A DNA stretch of 64,000 nt from Alphaproteobacteria bacterium (GTDB lineage: Bacteria; Pseudomonadota; Alphaproteobacteria; SP197). The notes beneath the pieces are model-generated. The model had not been told where the DNA came from. It did not search any database and saw nothing but the letters and a program-made list of their open reading frames with translations. Each line of letters begins with the position of its first letter. Position 1 is the first letter of the stretch. Location of the stretch: the NCBI GenBank assembly GCA_965228895.1, contig OZ245842.1, positions 2,839,964-2,903,963 on the forward strand, written 5' to 3'. Of this stretch, positions 1 to 13,197 are shown piece after piece. A program made the translations under genes and the position numbers.

Positions 1-243
1 GTCCGGTGCAAAGTCTCTGACCGCGCGGCCATAAGCCAAACGCGACGCCAGGTCGAACGGTCCGCCGAAACGCAGGCCGACGGTTTCGACACCGGCGAGG
101 TTGAGGGCTTCCTGCCGCACATCGTGGCGGCGGATGATCGCCCGCTGCTCGACGCCGGCGTCCGCCAGGGCAGGCACCAACCGCATGAAGAAGGCTTCGG
201 CGCCGCCGACCTCCGCGCCCGCCATGGCTTGGACGAGACGCAT
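1..243 (-). CDS. Glycosyltransferase, 5' part only; continues past the left edge of the window
   Basis: The minus-strand ATG at 243..241 opens 'MRLVQAMAGAEVGGAEAFFMRLVPALADAGVEQ', a typical family-4 (GT4) N-terminus. The reading frame stays open to position 1. Its ATG overlaps the TGA of the upstream family-2 glycosyltransferase gene in a TGATG arrangement. Confidence 0.5.
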   Translation of the reverse strand, partial: MRLVQAMAGAEVGGAEAFFMRLVPALADAGVEQRAIIRRHDVRQEALNLAGVETVGLRFGGPFDLASRLAYGRAVRDFAPD

Positions 244-998
244 CAGTCGCGCTCCAGCCGCGCCTTCAAATGCGAGATCAGCGGATAGAGACCGGCAAAC
301 AAGGCGTTCAGGAACCCGTATCCGCCTTCCCGGTAACCCCGGCGCATGACGTAGCACTTGAAGAAGCGGGAGTAGAAACGGCGGATGTTGCCGGCGAGCG
401 TGCCGATATCGCCGCTTTCTCTGAGGTCCCGTGCGCGCGCCTCCGTGTAACGGTCCAGGCGCTGGATCATGTCGGAGATGTTACGGTCGACATAGTGATC
501 AATGCGCTCTTTGAGCCAGCGCTTCTCGCCCTCTAGAGCAAGCGAGGGATGGACACGGTCATCGCCCCAGCGTTTGGCGCCCGGCGAAAACAGACGCACC
601 GCCGCGCTGACGCCCCATGATCCGCCCCAACCGTAACGCACACGGTGTTCGCCGATGTAGTTGTCGAACGGCACGAGGTAGTGGGCAGGCGCGGTGGCGG
701 TTTGGATGACCGACGTGATCTCCTGGGCGAGCGCCGGCGTCACGCGCTCATCGGCGTCGACTTCCACGATCCAATCGCCGGTCGCGGCATCCAGGCCGGT
801 ATTGCGGCGCGGGCCTTCGATCTCCCACGCGCCTTCGATCACCTGGTCGGTATGGCGCCGCGCAATCTCTGCCGAACCGTCGGTGCTGCGGTCGAGCACG
901 ACGACGATCTCGTCGCAGAAGCCGAGACAGGCAAGGCACGCGTCGAGCTGGGCCTCCTCGTTGCGTGCCACGACAACGGCGCTCAGGCGAACGCTCAC
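243..998 (-). CDS. Family-2 glycosyltransferase (LPS core or polysaccharide biosynthesis)
   Basis: This is the ORF 243..1064. 'AVVVARNEEAQLDACL...DGSAEIA...DWIVEVDADE' matches the family-2 signature, including a DxD-type motif. I placed the start at the GTG near 998 ('VSVRLSAVVV'), which removes the overlap with the upstream gene. The start remains uncertain. Confidence 0.65.
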   Translation of the reverse strand: MSVRLSAVVVARNEEAQLDACLACLGFCDEIVVVLDRSTDGSAEIARRHTDQVIEGAWEIEGPRRNTGLDAATGDWIVEVDADERVTPALAQEITSVIQTATAPAHYLVPFDNYIGEHRVRYGWGGSWGVSAAVRLFSPGAKRWGDDRVHPSLALEGEKRWLKERIDHYVDRNISDMIQRLDRYTEARARDLRESGDIGTLAGNIRRFYSRFFKCYVMRRGYREGGYGFLNALFAGLYPLISHLKARLERD

Positions 999-1029
999 CG
1001 GCTGTCCGCTGGTGTCGCTGGCCGGCGCA

Positions 1030-2055
1030 TCACGCCGCCATCGCCTCGATCTCGGCGGCGGCATCGTCCCACGTGCGGCCGCGCTGCATCTGGAATGCGT
1101 CCTTGCTGCGCCCGCGGTAGACGATGTCTTCCTTCAGACACAGCACCGCGCAGTTGACGAAGGCCTCGTCGTCGGGTGTCAGGAAACCGCTGCGCCCGTC
1201 GGTGATACGTTCCTGGGCAGCACCCAACCGGCGTGCGACGGCCGGCAGGCCGGTCGCCTGGGATTCGGCAAGCGTCGAGGCATAGACCTCGCGTTCGGTG
1301 CCCGGGTAGAGATGCACGCGGGCGCGGCGGTAGACCTCGGCCATGTCGTGGTCGGCGAGCGGACGCTTCACCTTGACTCCCTGCCCTGCCGCCGCGAGCG
1401 CCTGATCCAGAAGCGGGCGCAGCTCCGCGTCCATCGTCCGCTCCTGGCTGCCGGCGTAAAGCGAGCCGGAATAGATGTGCAGCTCCGATCCCTTGATCAG
1501 CGGTTCGATCTTCTCGGTCCATCGATCGATCAGCCAGTCGAGGTCCATGCGTGGGTGGGTCGTGACAATCGCGCGCGACGGCCAATAGCCGGCCGGCGCT
1601 TCGGATTTGAGATAGGCCGGCGCGACGCCCGGCAGAACCACCTTGGCGCGCTCGTCCGGCCCATCCCAGGTGGCGCGATGGTTCGCTCCCATGAAGATCA
1701 GCGGCGTCGCCGGGTGACGCTCCATAGCAGCCGCCGCGTCGGCGCGTTTCAGGATGCTGGCGGGCGTCACCAGCCACAGCATGCGATGGCGCGCGGCGAC
1801 CGCGTCCAGGAGTTCGGCATGACGCAGCGCGATCAGCAGATCGGCGGTTTCGGGCAGACCGTCATCGATCGGCCGCCAGGCGACATCGGCGCAGGTCACC
1901 GCCTGCTCACACCGGTTATAGACGGTGACCGCGTGGCCGCGGCGCGCCAGCGCTTCGGCCAGATAGACCAGACCTTTTTCGGGTCCGCCCAACGGGTCGT
2001 TGCGCGGGGTATAGCCGTCAAAGGCGAAGGAATCGTCAACGAGAACCACATCCAT
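1030..2055 (-). CDS. Family-1/4 glycosyltransferase
   Basis: This ORF is trimmed to the internal Met at 'MDVVLVDDSFAFDGY...'. The C-terminal half has the family-4 'E(x7)E'-like region 'YPGTEREVYASTLAESQATGLPAVA'. Confidence 0.7.
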   Translation of the reverse strand: MDVVLVDDSFAFDGYTPRNDPLGGPEKGLVYLAEALARRGHAVTVYNRCEQAVTCADVAWRPIDDGLPETADLLIALRHAELLDAVAARHRMLWLVTPASILKRADAAAAMERHPATPLIFMGANHRATWDGPDERAKVVLPGVAPAYLKSEAPAGYWPSRAIVTTHPRMDLDWLIDRWTEKIEPLIKGSELHIYSGSLYAGSQERTMDAELRPLLDQALAAAGQGVKVKRPLADHDMAEVYRRARVHLYPGTEREVYASTLAESQATGLPAVARRLGAAQERITDGRSGFLTPDDEAFVNCAVLCLKEDIVYRGRSKDAFQMQRGRTWDDAAAEIEAMAA

Positions 2056-2165
2056 GGCGCGGTTTATAGGGTTTGCGGGCGCGCAAGTCCAAGGCCGACA
2101 AATCCTGGACTTGCCACGGGCGCCCGCTCCGCCCACCTTAGGGGACAGTAAGGAAAAGGACGGCG

Positions 2166-3055
2166 ATGACCGCTATCAAGACAATCGCGCTGCCGGGACG
2201 CGGCGTCCTGGGCGTCACAGGCCCCGAAGCCACGGCCTTTCTGCAGGGTCTGATCACCAACGATATCGAGCTGGTCAACCCGGCGCGCGCCATCTATGCG
2301 GCGCTGTTGACGCCCCAGGGCAAGTTCCTGTTCGACTTCCTGATCGCCGATGACGGCGACGGCGGCTACCTGCTGGAGACCGACCGCGAACGCCTCGCCG
2401 ATCTTGCCAAGCGGCTGACGTTTTACAAGCTGCGCAGCCAGGTCGACATTACCGACAGGTGCGACGACCTCACCGTCTCAGCCCTGATTGGCGACGGCGC
2501 GGCCGCCCGCGCCAAGCTGAACGCCGCCGCCGGCAATGCCTGGCGCTGCGGCACCACGATGATCTATGTCGACCCGCGCCTGGCGATGCTGGGCGTGCGC
2601 ATGATTCACCCGGCGAACGAGGAGCCCGCCATTGCCGGCGACGCCGCCGGCACCGTCGAGGACTACGAGGCGCTCCGCTTGGAGCTTGGTGTGCCGGAAG
2701 CCGGGCGCGATGTGCTGGTCGACAAGTCGTTCATTCTGGAAAGCAACTTCGAGGAATTGAACGCGGTCGATTTCGACAAAGGTTGTTACGTCGGCCAGGA
2801 GTTGACCGCGCGCACGAAACACCGGGGCAAGATCCGCAAGCGACTGTTCCGCATCGACGTCGATGGCGACCTGCCGCCCGCCGGCACGCCGATCATGGCC
2901 GGCGAAGCGGAGATCGGCGAGGTACGGTCGGGCAATGGCCGCACCGGCATCGCGCTCATCCGCACCGACCGTCTGGACGAAGCACGCGACAAGGGCAACG
3001 CCCTGGTCGCCGCCGGCGTCCCGCTCAAACCGGTCAAACCAGATTGGGTAAGTTT

Positions 3056-3059
<4 letters not shown>
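2166..3059 (+). CDS. ygfZ: YgfZ-type folate-binding protein (GcvT-like; Fe-S cluster repair and tRNA modification)
   Basis: Contains 'LPGRGVLGVTGPEATAFLQGLITNDI' and 'YAALLTPQGKFLFDFLI' together with the conserved C-terminal 'KGCYVGQE' motif. Confidence 0.7.
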
Positions 3060-5707
<2,648 letters not shown>

Positions 5708-5711
5708 GCCG

Positions 5712-7808
5712 TTAACCTTCGATCCTGGAGAAGTCGGCCACACGGTCGAGCGCATGGCGAATACCTGATAGCAGACGCAGGCGGTTTTGACGCAAGCCAG
5801 CGTCGTCGCAATTGACAGTCACCTCATCAAAAAACGCATCGACCGGTGCGCGAAGACCGGAAAGCGCCGCCATGGCATCGGCGAAACGTTCTTCGTTCAG
5901 GGCCTCATCAGCCTGACTTGCGGCCTCCGCGAGCCCGGCGACAACGGCCTTTTCTTCGTCCTCTTCAAGCGCGCTCGTGTCGACGTTGCCATCATAGACG
6001 ACGCCGTCCTTCTTTTCCTCGATCTTCACGATGTTGCCGGCACGCCGATAGGCGGTCAGCAGGTTGGCGCCGTCCTCGCTCGCCAGGAACGCGCCCAACG
6101 CTTCGACCTTGGCGAGCAGGCGCACCAGATCGTCTTCACCGCTTTGTGCAAACACCGCATCAATGAGGTCGTGACGCACGCCCTCGCCGCGCAGATGCAC
6201 CTTCAACCGGTCGGCGATGAAGGCGAGTAGCTCGACGTTCTGCGTTATGACACCTTTGTCACGTCCCGGCCAACTGACCATCCCGCGCCCGTCGGGTTTG
6301 TACAGTTCGACCGCCAATTCAAAAGCGTCCATCAATCCAACTCGTAGTCCGTTTTCCACGACAAGTCGGATTAGACCAAGCGCAGCGCGCCGCAGGGCGA
6401 AGGGATCTTTCGAACCAGTTGGTTTCTCTTGGATCAAGAAAAACCCTACCAGCGTATCGATCTTATCCGCCAATGCGACGGCCACGCTTTCCGGTGCGCT
6501 GGGGCAAACATCGCCCGGCCCTTGAGGCGCATAGTGTTCGGCGATGGCCAAGGCGACGGCGTCATCCTCGCCGTCATGGCGGGCGTAGTAGGACCCCATC
6601 AGGCCTTGAAGATCGGGGAACTCGCCGACCATCTCGGTGGTCAGGTCGGCTTTGGCGAGGTTTGCGGCGCGGGCGGCCTTCTCGGCATCGCAATCCGGAA
6701 TCGCCTCGGCCAGCCGTCGCGCGAGCTTGATGAGGCGCGTTGTCTTGTTCGCGACCGTACCAAGCTTGGCGTGAAACACCACGGCACCCAGATCGTCGAC
6801 GCGATCTGCAAGCTCCCGCTTGCGGTCCTGATCCCAGAAATGACGGGCGTCTGCGAGGCGCGCGTTCAGCACCCGCTCGTTGCCGCCGGTGACCGTCTTG
6901 CCGTCGTCGAGGCCCGGCGCGTTGGCGGCAAAGATGAAACGCGGCGCGAGCTTTCCCTGCCTGTCGCGCACCGGCAGATAGCGTTGGTGGGAGGTCATGG
7001 AGCTGACCAGGACTTCCGGCGGCACTTCCATGAAGGCATCGTCGAAGGAGCCCATCAGCACGACCGGCCACTCGACCAGGCCGGCGATCTCGTCGAATAG
7101 GCCCTTCGGCGCGTCGACGGCAAGGCCGGCCTCTGTCGCCAGACGCGCCGCGCCCTCTTCGACCAACGCGCGCCGCTCGCCGCCTTCGAGCACGACCTTG
7201 GCCTCGCGCAGTTTCGTCTCATAGTCGGCGAACCCCGATACCGAAAACGCGCCGGGCGCCAGGAACCGATGCCCCTCGGTCTCGTCGCCCGATGTCACGG
7301 GACCGAAGGCGAACGGCACGACGGCGCCGTCGAACAGGGCGGTGATGCGGTGCATGGGCCGGACCCAGCGTTCGTCATGATCGCCCCAGCGCATGGATTT
7401 CGGCCACGGCAGCGCGGCCATGGTGGCGGGCAGGATCTCGGCCAGCACCTCGCCGGTCGCCCGGCCCTGACGTTCGACCACGGCGAACCAGCAGGGACCC
7501 TTGTCAGTATCGCGTTCGACGAGGTCGCCGGCGGCAATCCCGGCGGAGCGCGCAAACCCTTCGACCGCCTTGTCCGGTGCGCCGACCTTCGGGCCCTTAC
7601 GCTCTTCCTTCAGGTCTGGCTGGCTCGCTGCCAGACCGTCGATCACGAGGGTCAGCCGGCGTGGCGTGGCGAAATGGCGCGCGGGCTCGTGCTCAAGCCG
7701 CGCCTCGCCAAGCGCCTTGGTAACAAGGTCCGCAAGATCGCCCGCGGCGCGTTCCTGCATGCGCGCGGGGATCTCCTCGGAGAAGATTTCAAACAGAAGC
7801 TCAGCCAT
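5712..7808 (-). CDS. glyS: Glycine--tRNA ligase beta subunit
   Basis: 698 aa beginning '[18 protein letters not shown]'. The product has the canonical GlyS length and N-terminus. It overlaps glyQ by 8 nt and lies 4 nt upstream of ppdK. Confidence 0.9.
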   Translation of the reverse strand: MAELLFEIFSEEIPARMQERAAGDLADLVTKALGEARLEHEPARHFATPRRLTLVIDGLAASQPDLKEERKGPKVGAPDKAVEGFARSAGIAAGDLVERDTDKGPCWFAVVERQGRATGEVLAEILPATMAALPWPKSMRWGDHDERWVRPMHRITALFDGAVVPFAFGPVTSGDETEGHRFLAPGAFSVSGFADYETKLREAKVVLEGGERRALVEEGAARLATEAGLAVDAPKGLFDEIAGLVEWPVVLMGSFDDAFMEVPPEVLVSSMTSHQRYLPVRDRQGKLAPRFIFAANAPGLDDGKTVTGGNERVLNARLADARHFWDQDRKRELADRVDDLGAVVFHAKLGTVANKTTRLIKLARRLAEAIPDCDAEKAARAANLAKADLTTEMVGEFPDLQGLMGSYYARHDGEDDAVALAIAEHYAPQGPGDVCPSAPESVAVALADKIDTLVGFFLIQEKPTGSKDPFALRRAALGLIRLVVENGLRVGLMDAFELAVELYKPDGRGMVSWPGRDKGVITQNVELLAFIADRLKVHLRGEGVRHDLIDAVFAQSGEDDLVRLLAKVEALGAFLASEDGANLLTAYRRAGNIVKIEEKKDGVVYDGNVDTSALEEDEEKAVVAGLAEAASQADEALNEERFADAMAALSGLRAPVDAFFDEVTVNCDDAGLRQNRLRLLSGIRHALDRVADFSRIEG

Positions 7809-8694
7809 CGGCGGCCTCGTCGAGATGGCCGCGGCTGGTCAACCACTCGGTGGCGCAGGCGCGGCTCAGCGCCCGCACCCGGCCGATATAGGCAGCGCGC
7901 TCGGTGACCGAGATGACGCCGCGCGCATCCAACAGATTGAAGGTGTGGCTGGCCTTGATGCACTGGTCATAAGCAGGCAGCGGCAGATGCGCTTCGACCA
8001 GCGCGTGACACGCCTTTTCCGCGTCCTCGAAATGGCGCGTCAGCGTCTCGGTATCCGCGTATTCAAAGTTGAAGGCGGAGTATTCCTTTTCAGCCTGCAG
8101 GTAGACGTCGCCATAGCTGACGCCGGCGCCGTTCCAGTCGAGATCGTAGACGTTGTCGACGCCCTGCAGATACATGGCGAGCCGCTCGAGGCCATAGGTC
8201 GCTTCACCCGGCACCGGTCGGCAGTCATAGCCGCCGACCTGCTGGAAATAGGTGAACTGGGTGACCTCCATGCCGTCGCACCAGACTTCCCAGCCGAGCC
8301 CCCACGCGCCCAGCGTCGGACTTTCCCAGTCGTCCTCGACAAAGCGGATATCGTGCGCCAGGGGATCGATGCCGATGGCCTTCAGGCTCTCCAGGTAGAT
8401 GTCCTGGAAGTTGTCGGGCGACGGCTTCATCAGCACCTGGAACTGGTAATAGTGCTGGAGGCGGTTGGGGTTCTCGCCATAGCGACCGTCGGTCGGCCGT
8501 CTGGACGGCTGGACATAGGCGACGTTCCAGGGCTCCGGCCCCAGGCTGCGCAAGGTCGTCGCCCAGTGGAAGGTGCCGGCGCCAACCTCCATGTCATAGG
8601 GCTGCAGGATGACGCAGCCCTGCCCGGCCCAGAACTCCTGAAGCCTTAGAATGAGCTGTTGAAACGGGAGGGCGGACCCGTTGGGCGCGGTCAT
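7801..8694 (-). CDS. glyQ: Glycine--tRNA ligase alpha subunit
   Basis: 297 aa containing '[26 protein letters not shown]', which is highly conserved in GlyQ. Confidence 0.9.
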   Translation of the reverse strand: MTAPNGSALPFQQLILRLQEFWAGQGCVILQPYDMEVGAGTFHWATTLRSLGPEPWNVAYVQPSRRPTDGRYGENPNRLQHYYQFQVLMKPSPDNFQDIYLESLKAIGIDPLAHDIRFVEDDWESPTLGAWGLGWEVWCDGMEVTQFTYFQQVGGYDCRPVPGEATYGLERLAMYLQGVDNVYDLDWNGAGVSYGDVYLQAEKEYSAFNFEYADTETLTRHFEDAEKACHALVEAHLPLPAYDQCIKASHTFNLLDARGVISVTERAAYIGRVRALSRACATEWLTSRGHLDEAADG

Positions 8695-8791
8695 CTCGAA
8701 CCGTCTCCGTGAATGTCGTGGGGCATGGCCGCGTGCGGTTCGCCCAACCGGCTGAAATCGCGGCGCAACTTAGGAGTCAGGCCGGGCCGGG

Positions 8792-9088
8792 TCAAGCGGC
8801 GGGCGGCTTCTGACACGTGTGTTTGGTGTCGCCGACCGGCACGTAGGCGCCGCAATGCGGGCACGCCGCCAACTCAACCTCGCTGGCCGCCGAACGGCTG
8901 GCCCCCGGCGCGTCGACCCTGTCACGACGGCCAAATCGGCTGAACCAGGACGAGCGCACCCGTCCGGCCTGCCGCTCCTCAGCCTTGCGTTTCTTGTCCA
9001 TGTTGCTGACCAGCCGGAAACCGAGCCAAAGCGCGGCGATGATGATCGCGAAGACAATCAGCTTCTGGATTGAGAACATGGCAGGCAC
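8792..9088 (-). CDS. Small membrane protein with a putative zinc ribbon (hypothetical)
   Basis: Begins with an N-terminal hydrophobic helix 'KLIVFAIIIAALWLGF'. The C-terminus carries 'CPHCGAYVPVGDTKHTCQK', which could form a Cys4-type knuckle. Confidence 0.4.
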   Translation of the reverse strand: MPAMFSIQKLIVFAIIIAALWLGFRLVSNMDKKRKAEERQAGRVRSSWFSRFGRRDRVDAPGASRSAASEVELAACPHCGAYVPVGDTKHTCQKPPAA

Positions 9089-9210
9089 TTAAGGCGCAGA
9101 CCCGCGGCGGTCAAGGAATTGCTCGGGCTGCAGAGCGATGGCACCGGCAACCCTGACGTGCCGATCGAAGCACCCTGTGTTACGCCAACGCCTGCTCTCG
9201 GGAGGCAATC

Positions 9211-9678
9211 ATGGCACCAGCGCACAATATTGTTGAGGTGACGGACGACCGCGAAGCCGTCTGCCGGCGCATCCTCGCCGACCTGCCCGATTGGTTTGGC
9301 ATTCCCGAGGCGACAGAAAACTACATCAAGGCCGCCGGCCGCATGCCCATGCTGGGCTGGCGCGATGGCGACGAAATCGCCGGTTTTGTCTCGCTGGATA
9401 GAACCAGCGATGCGACGGTCGACATGCATGTCATCGGCGTCCTTGCCAGCCATCACCGCAAGGGTGTGGGCTGCGCCCTGGTCGATGCCGCAGCCAACTG
9501 GGCGCGTGCCCAAGGCGCGTCGCTGCTCGCCGTCAAGACGCTCGGCGCGAGCTATCCCGACCCGTTCTATGAGCGCACCCGGCTGTTCTATGAGGCCATG
9601 GGTTTTCTGCCGGTCGAGGAGTTCAAGAACCTCTGGGGTCCCGACAACCCCTGCCTGCTGATGATCAAACCACTCTGA
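9211..9678 (+). CDS. GNAT-family N-acetyltransferase
   Basis: 155 aa with the acetyl-CoA binding motif 'HRKGVGCALVDAAANWARAQGA'. Confidence 0.7.
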   Translation: MAPAHNIVEVTDDREAVCRRILADLPDWFGIPEATENYIKAAGRMPMLGWRDGDEIAGFVSLDRTSDATVDMHVIGVLASHHRKGVGCALVDAAANWARAQGASLLAVKTLGASYPDPFYERTRLFYEAMGFLPVEEFKNLWGPDNPCLLMIKPL

Positions 9679-9694
9679 GGCCGCCGAACCGAGG

Positions 9695-10459
9695 CTAGGT
9701 CCGGGTGATCGAGACGCCACCATCGACCGGGATCGACGCGCCGGTGATGAAGCTCGACGCGTCGGAGGCCAGATGCAGCACGGTCTGCGCGATCTCCTCC
9801 GGCGCCGCCGTGCGTTTGAGCGCGTGCAAGTTTTCGACGAAGGCCAGGCTCTCCGGCGTGTTGGCGACCGAGCGGCCCATCGGCGTATCGGTGCCGCCGG
9901 GCAGGACCGCGTTGACCCGGATACCGTCGCCGCCGTGCTCGACGGCCAGCACCTTGGTGAGGCCGTTGAGGCCCGCCTTGCTGGCCGCATAGGCCGCCAT
10001 CCCCGGCATGCCGACCGTGTATCCGACGAAGGTCGAATTGAAGATCAGCGAGCCGCCGCCGCGCTTGATCATCGCGGGGATCTGATACTTCGCGCCAAGA
10101 AAGGCGCTGGTCAGGTTGGTATCCATGGTGTCGTGCCAACCGGCCAGCGATAGGTCGGCCACATCGCCCATCTCGCCCAAAATGCCCGCGTTGTTGAAGG
10201 CGATATCCAGGCCGCCGAACCGATCCACCGCCGTCGCGACCAGCGTCTCGGCAAGGGCCTCGTCCTTGATGTCGCCGGCGATCGCCACCGCATCTCCGCC
10301 ATCGGCCTCGATCTCGCCGACCAGATCGTCCAGCGCACCCTGCCGCCGACCGGTTACCACGACCTCCGCGCCCTCGTCCGCGAAAAGCCGGGCGGTCGCC
10401 CAACCGATGCCCGAACTGGCGCCCGTTACGATCGCCACCTTGCCTTTCAACATACCCAT
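9695..10459 (-). CDS. Short-chain dehydrogenase/reductase (SDR)
   Basis: The start is placed at 'MGMLKGKVAIVTGASSGIGWA' (TGxxxGxG motif), preceded by an AGGAGG ribosome-binding site. The protein has NNAG and YxxxK ('YAASKAG') active-site motifs. Confidence 0.8.
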   Translation of the reverse strand: MGMLKGKVAIVTGASSGIGWATARLFADEGAEVVVTGRRQGALDDLVGEIEADGGDAVAIAGDIKDEALAETLVATAVDRFGGLDIAFNNAGILGEMGDVADLSLAGWHDTMDTNLTSAFLGAKYQIPAMIKRGGGSLIFNSTFVGYTVGMPGMAAYAASKAGLNGLTKVLAVEHGGDGIRVNAVLPGGTDTPMGRSVANTPESLAFVENLHALKRTAAPEEIAQTVLHLASDASSFITGASIPVDGGVSITRT

Positions 10460-10670
10460 GCCTGCCTCCTGCTCTGTCATGCGTTGTCTCTCTGCCGACA
10501 ACAGATGCAGAGGCGGCAGGCGATCCTCCACCCGGATCTTGCTACGCCCTGGAAGAAACAACATAAAGATAAGATATAAAATTGTTATATAATAATGGTT
10601 TATAGTTATATTTTAAACTAATTTCTAACCACCTATTCCATCCAGTTTCCAACGGCTCGGACGCAACGGC

Positions 10671-11756
10671 CTAGAGCCATCGCTCCAGAAAACGCCGGAC
10701 ATCGGGACCCCAGACGTGGGGGCCGTTGCGCTCGAAGACGTGGCCCTCGTCCTCGGTCAGGCCCCAGGCGGGAAAGACCTTCTGCTCGGTCGTGATGCCG
10801 GCAGCCCGGGCGGCAGCGGCCAGCTCAACCGTCGGCCGGGTCGAATAGTCGGTCTGGGCCTGGATGAAAAAGATTGGACACGAGAGCTTGCCGGTGGCCT
10901 CCAGCATGGTGCGACGCAGACCGGGCGTGTGCTCCCAGTTGATCGCCGCACCGGCGAACTCGACAGCGCAACGAAAACGGTTGGTCTTGGCGGCCGCGAG
11001 CAGCGTCGTCGTGCCGCCGAAACTGCTCCCCATCACGCCAATATGATCGCTTCGTGCGGTGTCGAGGCTGCAGACATGATCCAGCGCAGCCAGCACATCG
11101 TCGCTCTCGCGATCGAGCCGTGGCGCCAGTTGTTCGTCATAGGCGGGGGTTCCAAATTCGGCCGTGACCTCATCCAGCCAGCCCGCGCCCGGCGAATTGC
11201 CGTAACCCGCGCGGTGCGGCAGGAACGACGCGATGCCCCATTGCATCAGCAGCGCCGCGGTACCCGGCCGACAGATGTCGTCGGTTCCCTGATGGATCTG
11301 GCTGCCGTGGTTGGTGATCATGCAGGGGAAAGGGCCCGGGCCCGGCGGGCGATAGAAGTAACCCTTCAGCAGTTCACCTCGACTGGGAAAGCTGTGTTCT
11401 TCCGGCACGATAGGCCAGTCACCCAACACCGTCGCGTGCATCGCCGACGGTGTCACCGGCTCGTCATCATGGCGCTCGAAGAGGCGTTCGAACCGGTCGA
11501 CCAGTGCCGCCATGCGTTGGCGCGCGGCCGTGAACTCAGGGCTGGCGTCACGCCGGTCGAGGTCATCCTGGTGCGCGGTCTCGTCGGCGAAGGCGCAACA
11601 CCAGGCGACGTCCGGGCCGTCGCCGCCATCGTTGATGTGGATGTCACCCGGCGCCAAGCCCATCGCGACCCGCGCCCGGCTGGCCTCGCGGCGAACCGCC
11701 AAGACGTCGCCCGCCTTGCCCGGTTTGGCGTAGTAGTGCGTTCTCTCGACAATCAT
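10671..11756 (-). CDS. Alpha/beta hydrolase (dienelactone hydrolase-like) with an extra N-terminal domain
   Basis: The C-terminal half contains the nucleophile elbow 'GVMGSSFGG' and the sequence 'FIQAQTDYS'. The first ~100 residues form a separate small domain. Confidence 0.55.
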   Translation of the reverse strand: MIVERTHYYAKPGKAGDVLAVRREASRARVAMGLAPGDIHINDGGDGPDVAWCCAFADETAHQDDLDRRDASPEFTAARQRMAALVDRFERLFERHDDEPVTPSAMHATVLGDWPIVPEEHSFPSRGELLKGYFYRPPGPGPFPCMITNHGSQIHQGTDDICRPGTAALLMQWGIASFLPHRAGYGNSPGAGWLDEVTAEFGTPAYDEQLAPRLDRESDDVLAALDHVCSLDTARSDHIGVMGSSFGGTTTLLAAAKTNRFRCAVEFAGAAINWEHTPGLRRTMLEATGKLSCPIFFIQAQTDYSTRPTVELAAAARAAGITTEQKVFPAWGLTEDEGHVFERNGPHVWGPDVRRFLERWL

Positions 11757-11854
11757 AAGGTGAGTCGACCTCTACATCGTACAGGGCTACCATCCCGTCC
11801 TGCGACCGGAGTTACAACAACGACCCCCAATAGTCAGCAAAGGAGAGCCATCCG

Positions 11855-13012
11855 ATGGGTCACGTCAACGACATGCTCGAAAAGCGCCGCGAGTTTCTCG
11901 CGGGCAAGATAAACCGGCGCCAATTCAACCAGGCGCTGGCGGCGGTCGGACTGACGACCACCGCATTCCCGATGCACGCGGCGATGGCGCAAAGCGGCGA
12001 ACACCCGACGGTCTTCACATGGTCGGGATACGAGGAAGAAGCCTTCATCGCGAGCTATGTGAACCTGCACGGCACCGCGCCCGACTTCTCGTTCTTCGCC
12101 GACGAGGAAGAAGCCTATGCCAAGTTGCGGTCGGGCTTCCCGGCGGATGTCTTGATGCCGTGCACCTATAAGGTTCCGCCGTGGTACCGGGCCGGCCTCT
12201 TGGCGCCGATCGATACGTCGAGACTCACCCACTGGAACGATATCGTACCGAGCCTGAAGGAAATTCCGGGTACGGTGTTCGACGGTGAGCACTATTTCGT
12301 GCCGCAGGATTTCGGTTTTACCGCCATCACGTTCCGTCACGACCTGGCACCTGAGTATCTGGAGCCTGAGAACGCAAGCTGGGGTTTCCTTTGGGACACC
12401 AACTATGCCGGTCGCTTGGCAATGATCGACAGTCTGATCGACGGTGTCGCCGTCGCGTCAATCTATGGCGGCTACAACCCGTTCGACATGAACGAGCTTG
12501 AGATCGAAGGGACGAAGAAACTCCTGCAGGAACAGCTGCCTCTGCTGCGCTACTACGCAGGCGGTATGTCAGACGTCGAGCAGTCCTTGGCCGCGGGTGA
12601 ACTGGTCGCCTCGGCAACGTGGAACGGCTCGCGCATCCGTCTGACCGAACAGGGCGTTCCCGTCACCTTCATGAAACCGGACCAACCGGCCCTGAACGGT
12701 GAGCCCCAGGGTCCGATGACCTGGGTCTGCGGCATCTGCCTGTCGGCGACCATGGATCCGTCACTCGAACAACAGGCTTATGACGTGATGGACGCCTATA
12801 TGTCGCCGGAAGCCGGTGTCTATGAAGTCACCGAGTGGGCCGCCGGCCACGCCAACAACAGGGTCTATGAAATGATCGATGAGCAGCAGCTGCTCGATTA
12901 TGGCTTGGCGAAAAACCCCGACGAGGTCCTGGCGAAGGGCATCTTCCAGGAAGAAATGAAACAGGAAGCCCGGCTGCAGGAAATGTTCGAAGAAGTCAAA
13001 GCCGGCATGTAA
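11855..13012 (+). CDS. Periplasmic solute-binding protein (PotD/PotF-like), Tat-exported; orphan paralog 1
   Basis: The Tat motif 'KRREFLAG' is followed by an h-region ending 'AMAQ'. Motifs 'FTWSGYEE' and 'DSLIDGVAVASIYGG' are shared with the ORFs at 13198 and 37005. Confidence 0.7.
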   Translation: MGHVNDMLEKRREFLAGKINRRQFNQALAAVGLTTTAFPMHAAMAQSGEHPTVFTWSGYEEEAFIASYVNLHGTAPDFSFFADEEEAYAKLRSGFPADVLMPCTYKVPPWYRAGLLAPIDTSRLTHWNDIVPSLKEIPGTVFDGEHYFVPQDFGFTAITFRHDLAPEYLEPENASWGFLWDTNYAGRLAMIDSLIDGVAVASIYGGYNPFDMNELEIEGTKKLLQEQLPLLRYYAGGMSDVEQSLAAGELVASATWNGSRIRLTEQGVPVTFMKPDQPALNGEPQGPMTWVCGICLSATMDPSLEQQAYDVMDAYMSPEAGVYEVTEWAAGHANNRVYEMIDEQQLLDYGLAKNPDEVLAKGIFQEEMKQEARLQEMFEEVKAGM

Positions 13013-13036
13013 CCGACTTTCTTATCGACGATTTGC

Positions 13037-13071
13037 GGCGCCGGGGCCTTGTGCCCCGGCGCCATTTTTTT
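13037..13071 (+). terminator. Rho-independent terminator after SBP paralog 1
   Basis: GGCGCCGGGGC-cttgt-GCCCCGGCGCC followed by ATTTTTTT. Confidence 0.65.
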
Positions 13072-13197
13072 GCCACCGTGAGAAGTCTTCTTTATGGCTA
13101 CTTGTTGACCTTGATCCTGCCAGGCGCAATGATCCGGGCTGAGGGGATCGGTTTGCACTAACACATAAGCGTACAAAACGCTTAGGGAGACGATTGA

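Noticed and set aside
694-2151. A 485-aa plus-strand ORF and other overlapping frames (645..1157, 995..1777).
   Set aside because: These are antisense to, or out of frame with, the two glycosyltransferase genes, which have clear family signatures.
9058-9990. A 310-aa minus-strand ORF.
   Set aside because: It runs antisense to the GNAT gene and out of frame through the SDR gene. The product is Arg/Ala/Ser-rich, which is typical of a high-GC frame artefact.
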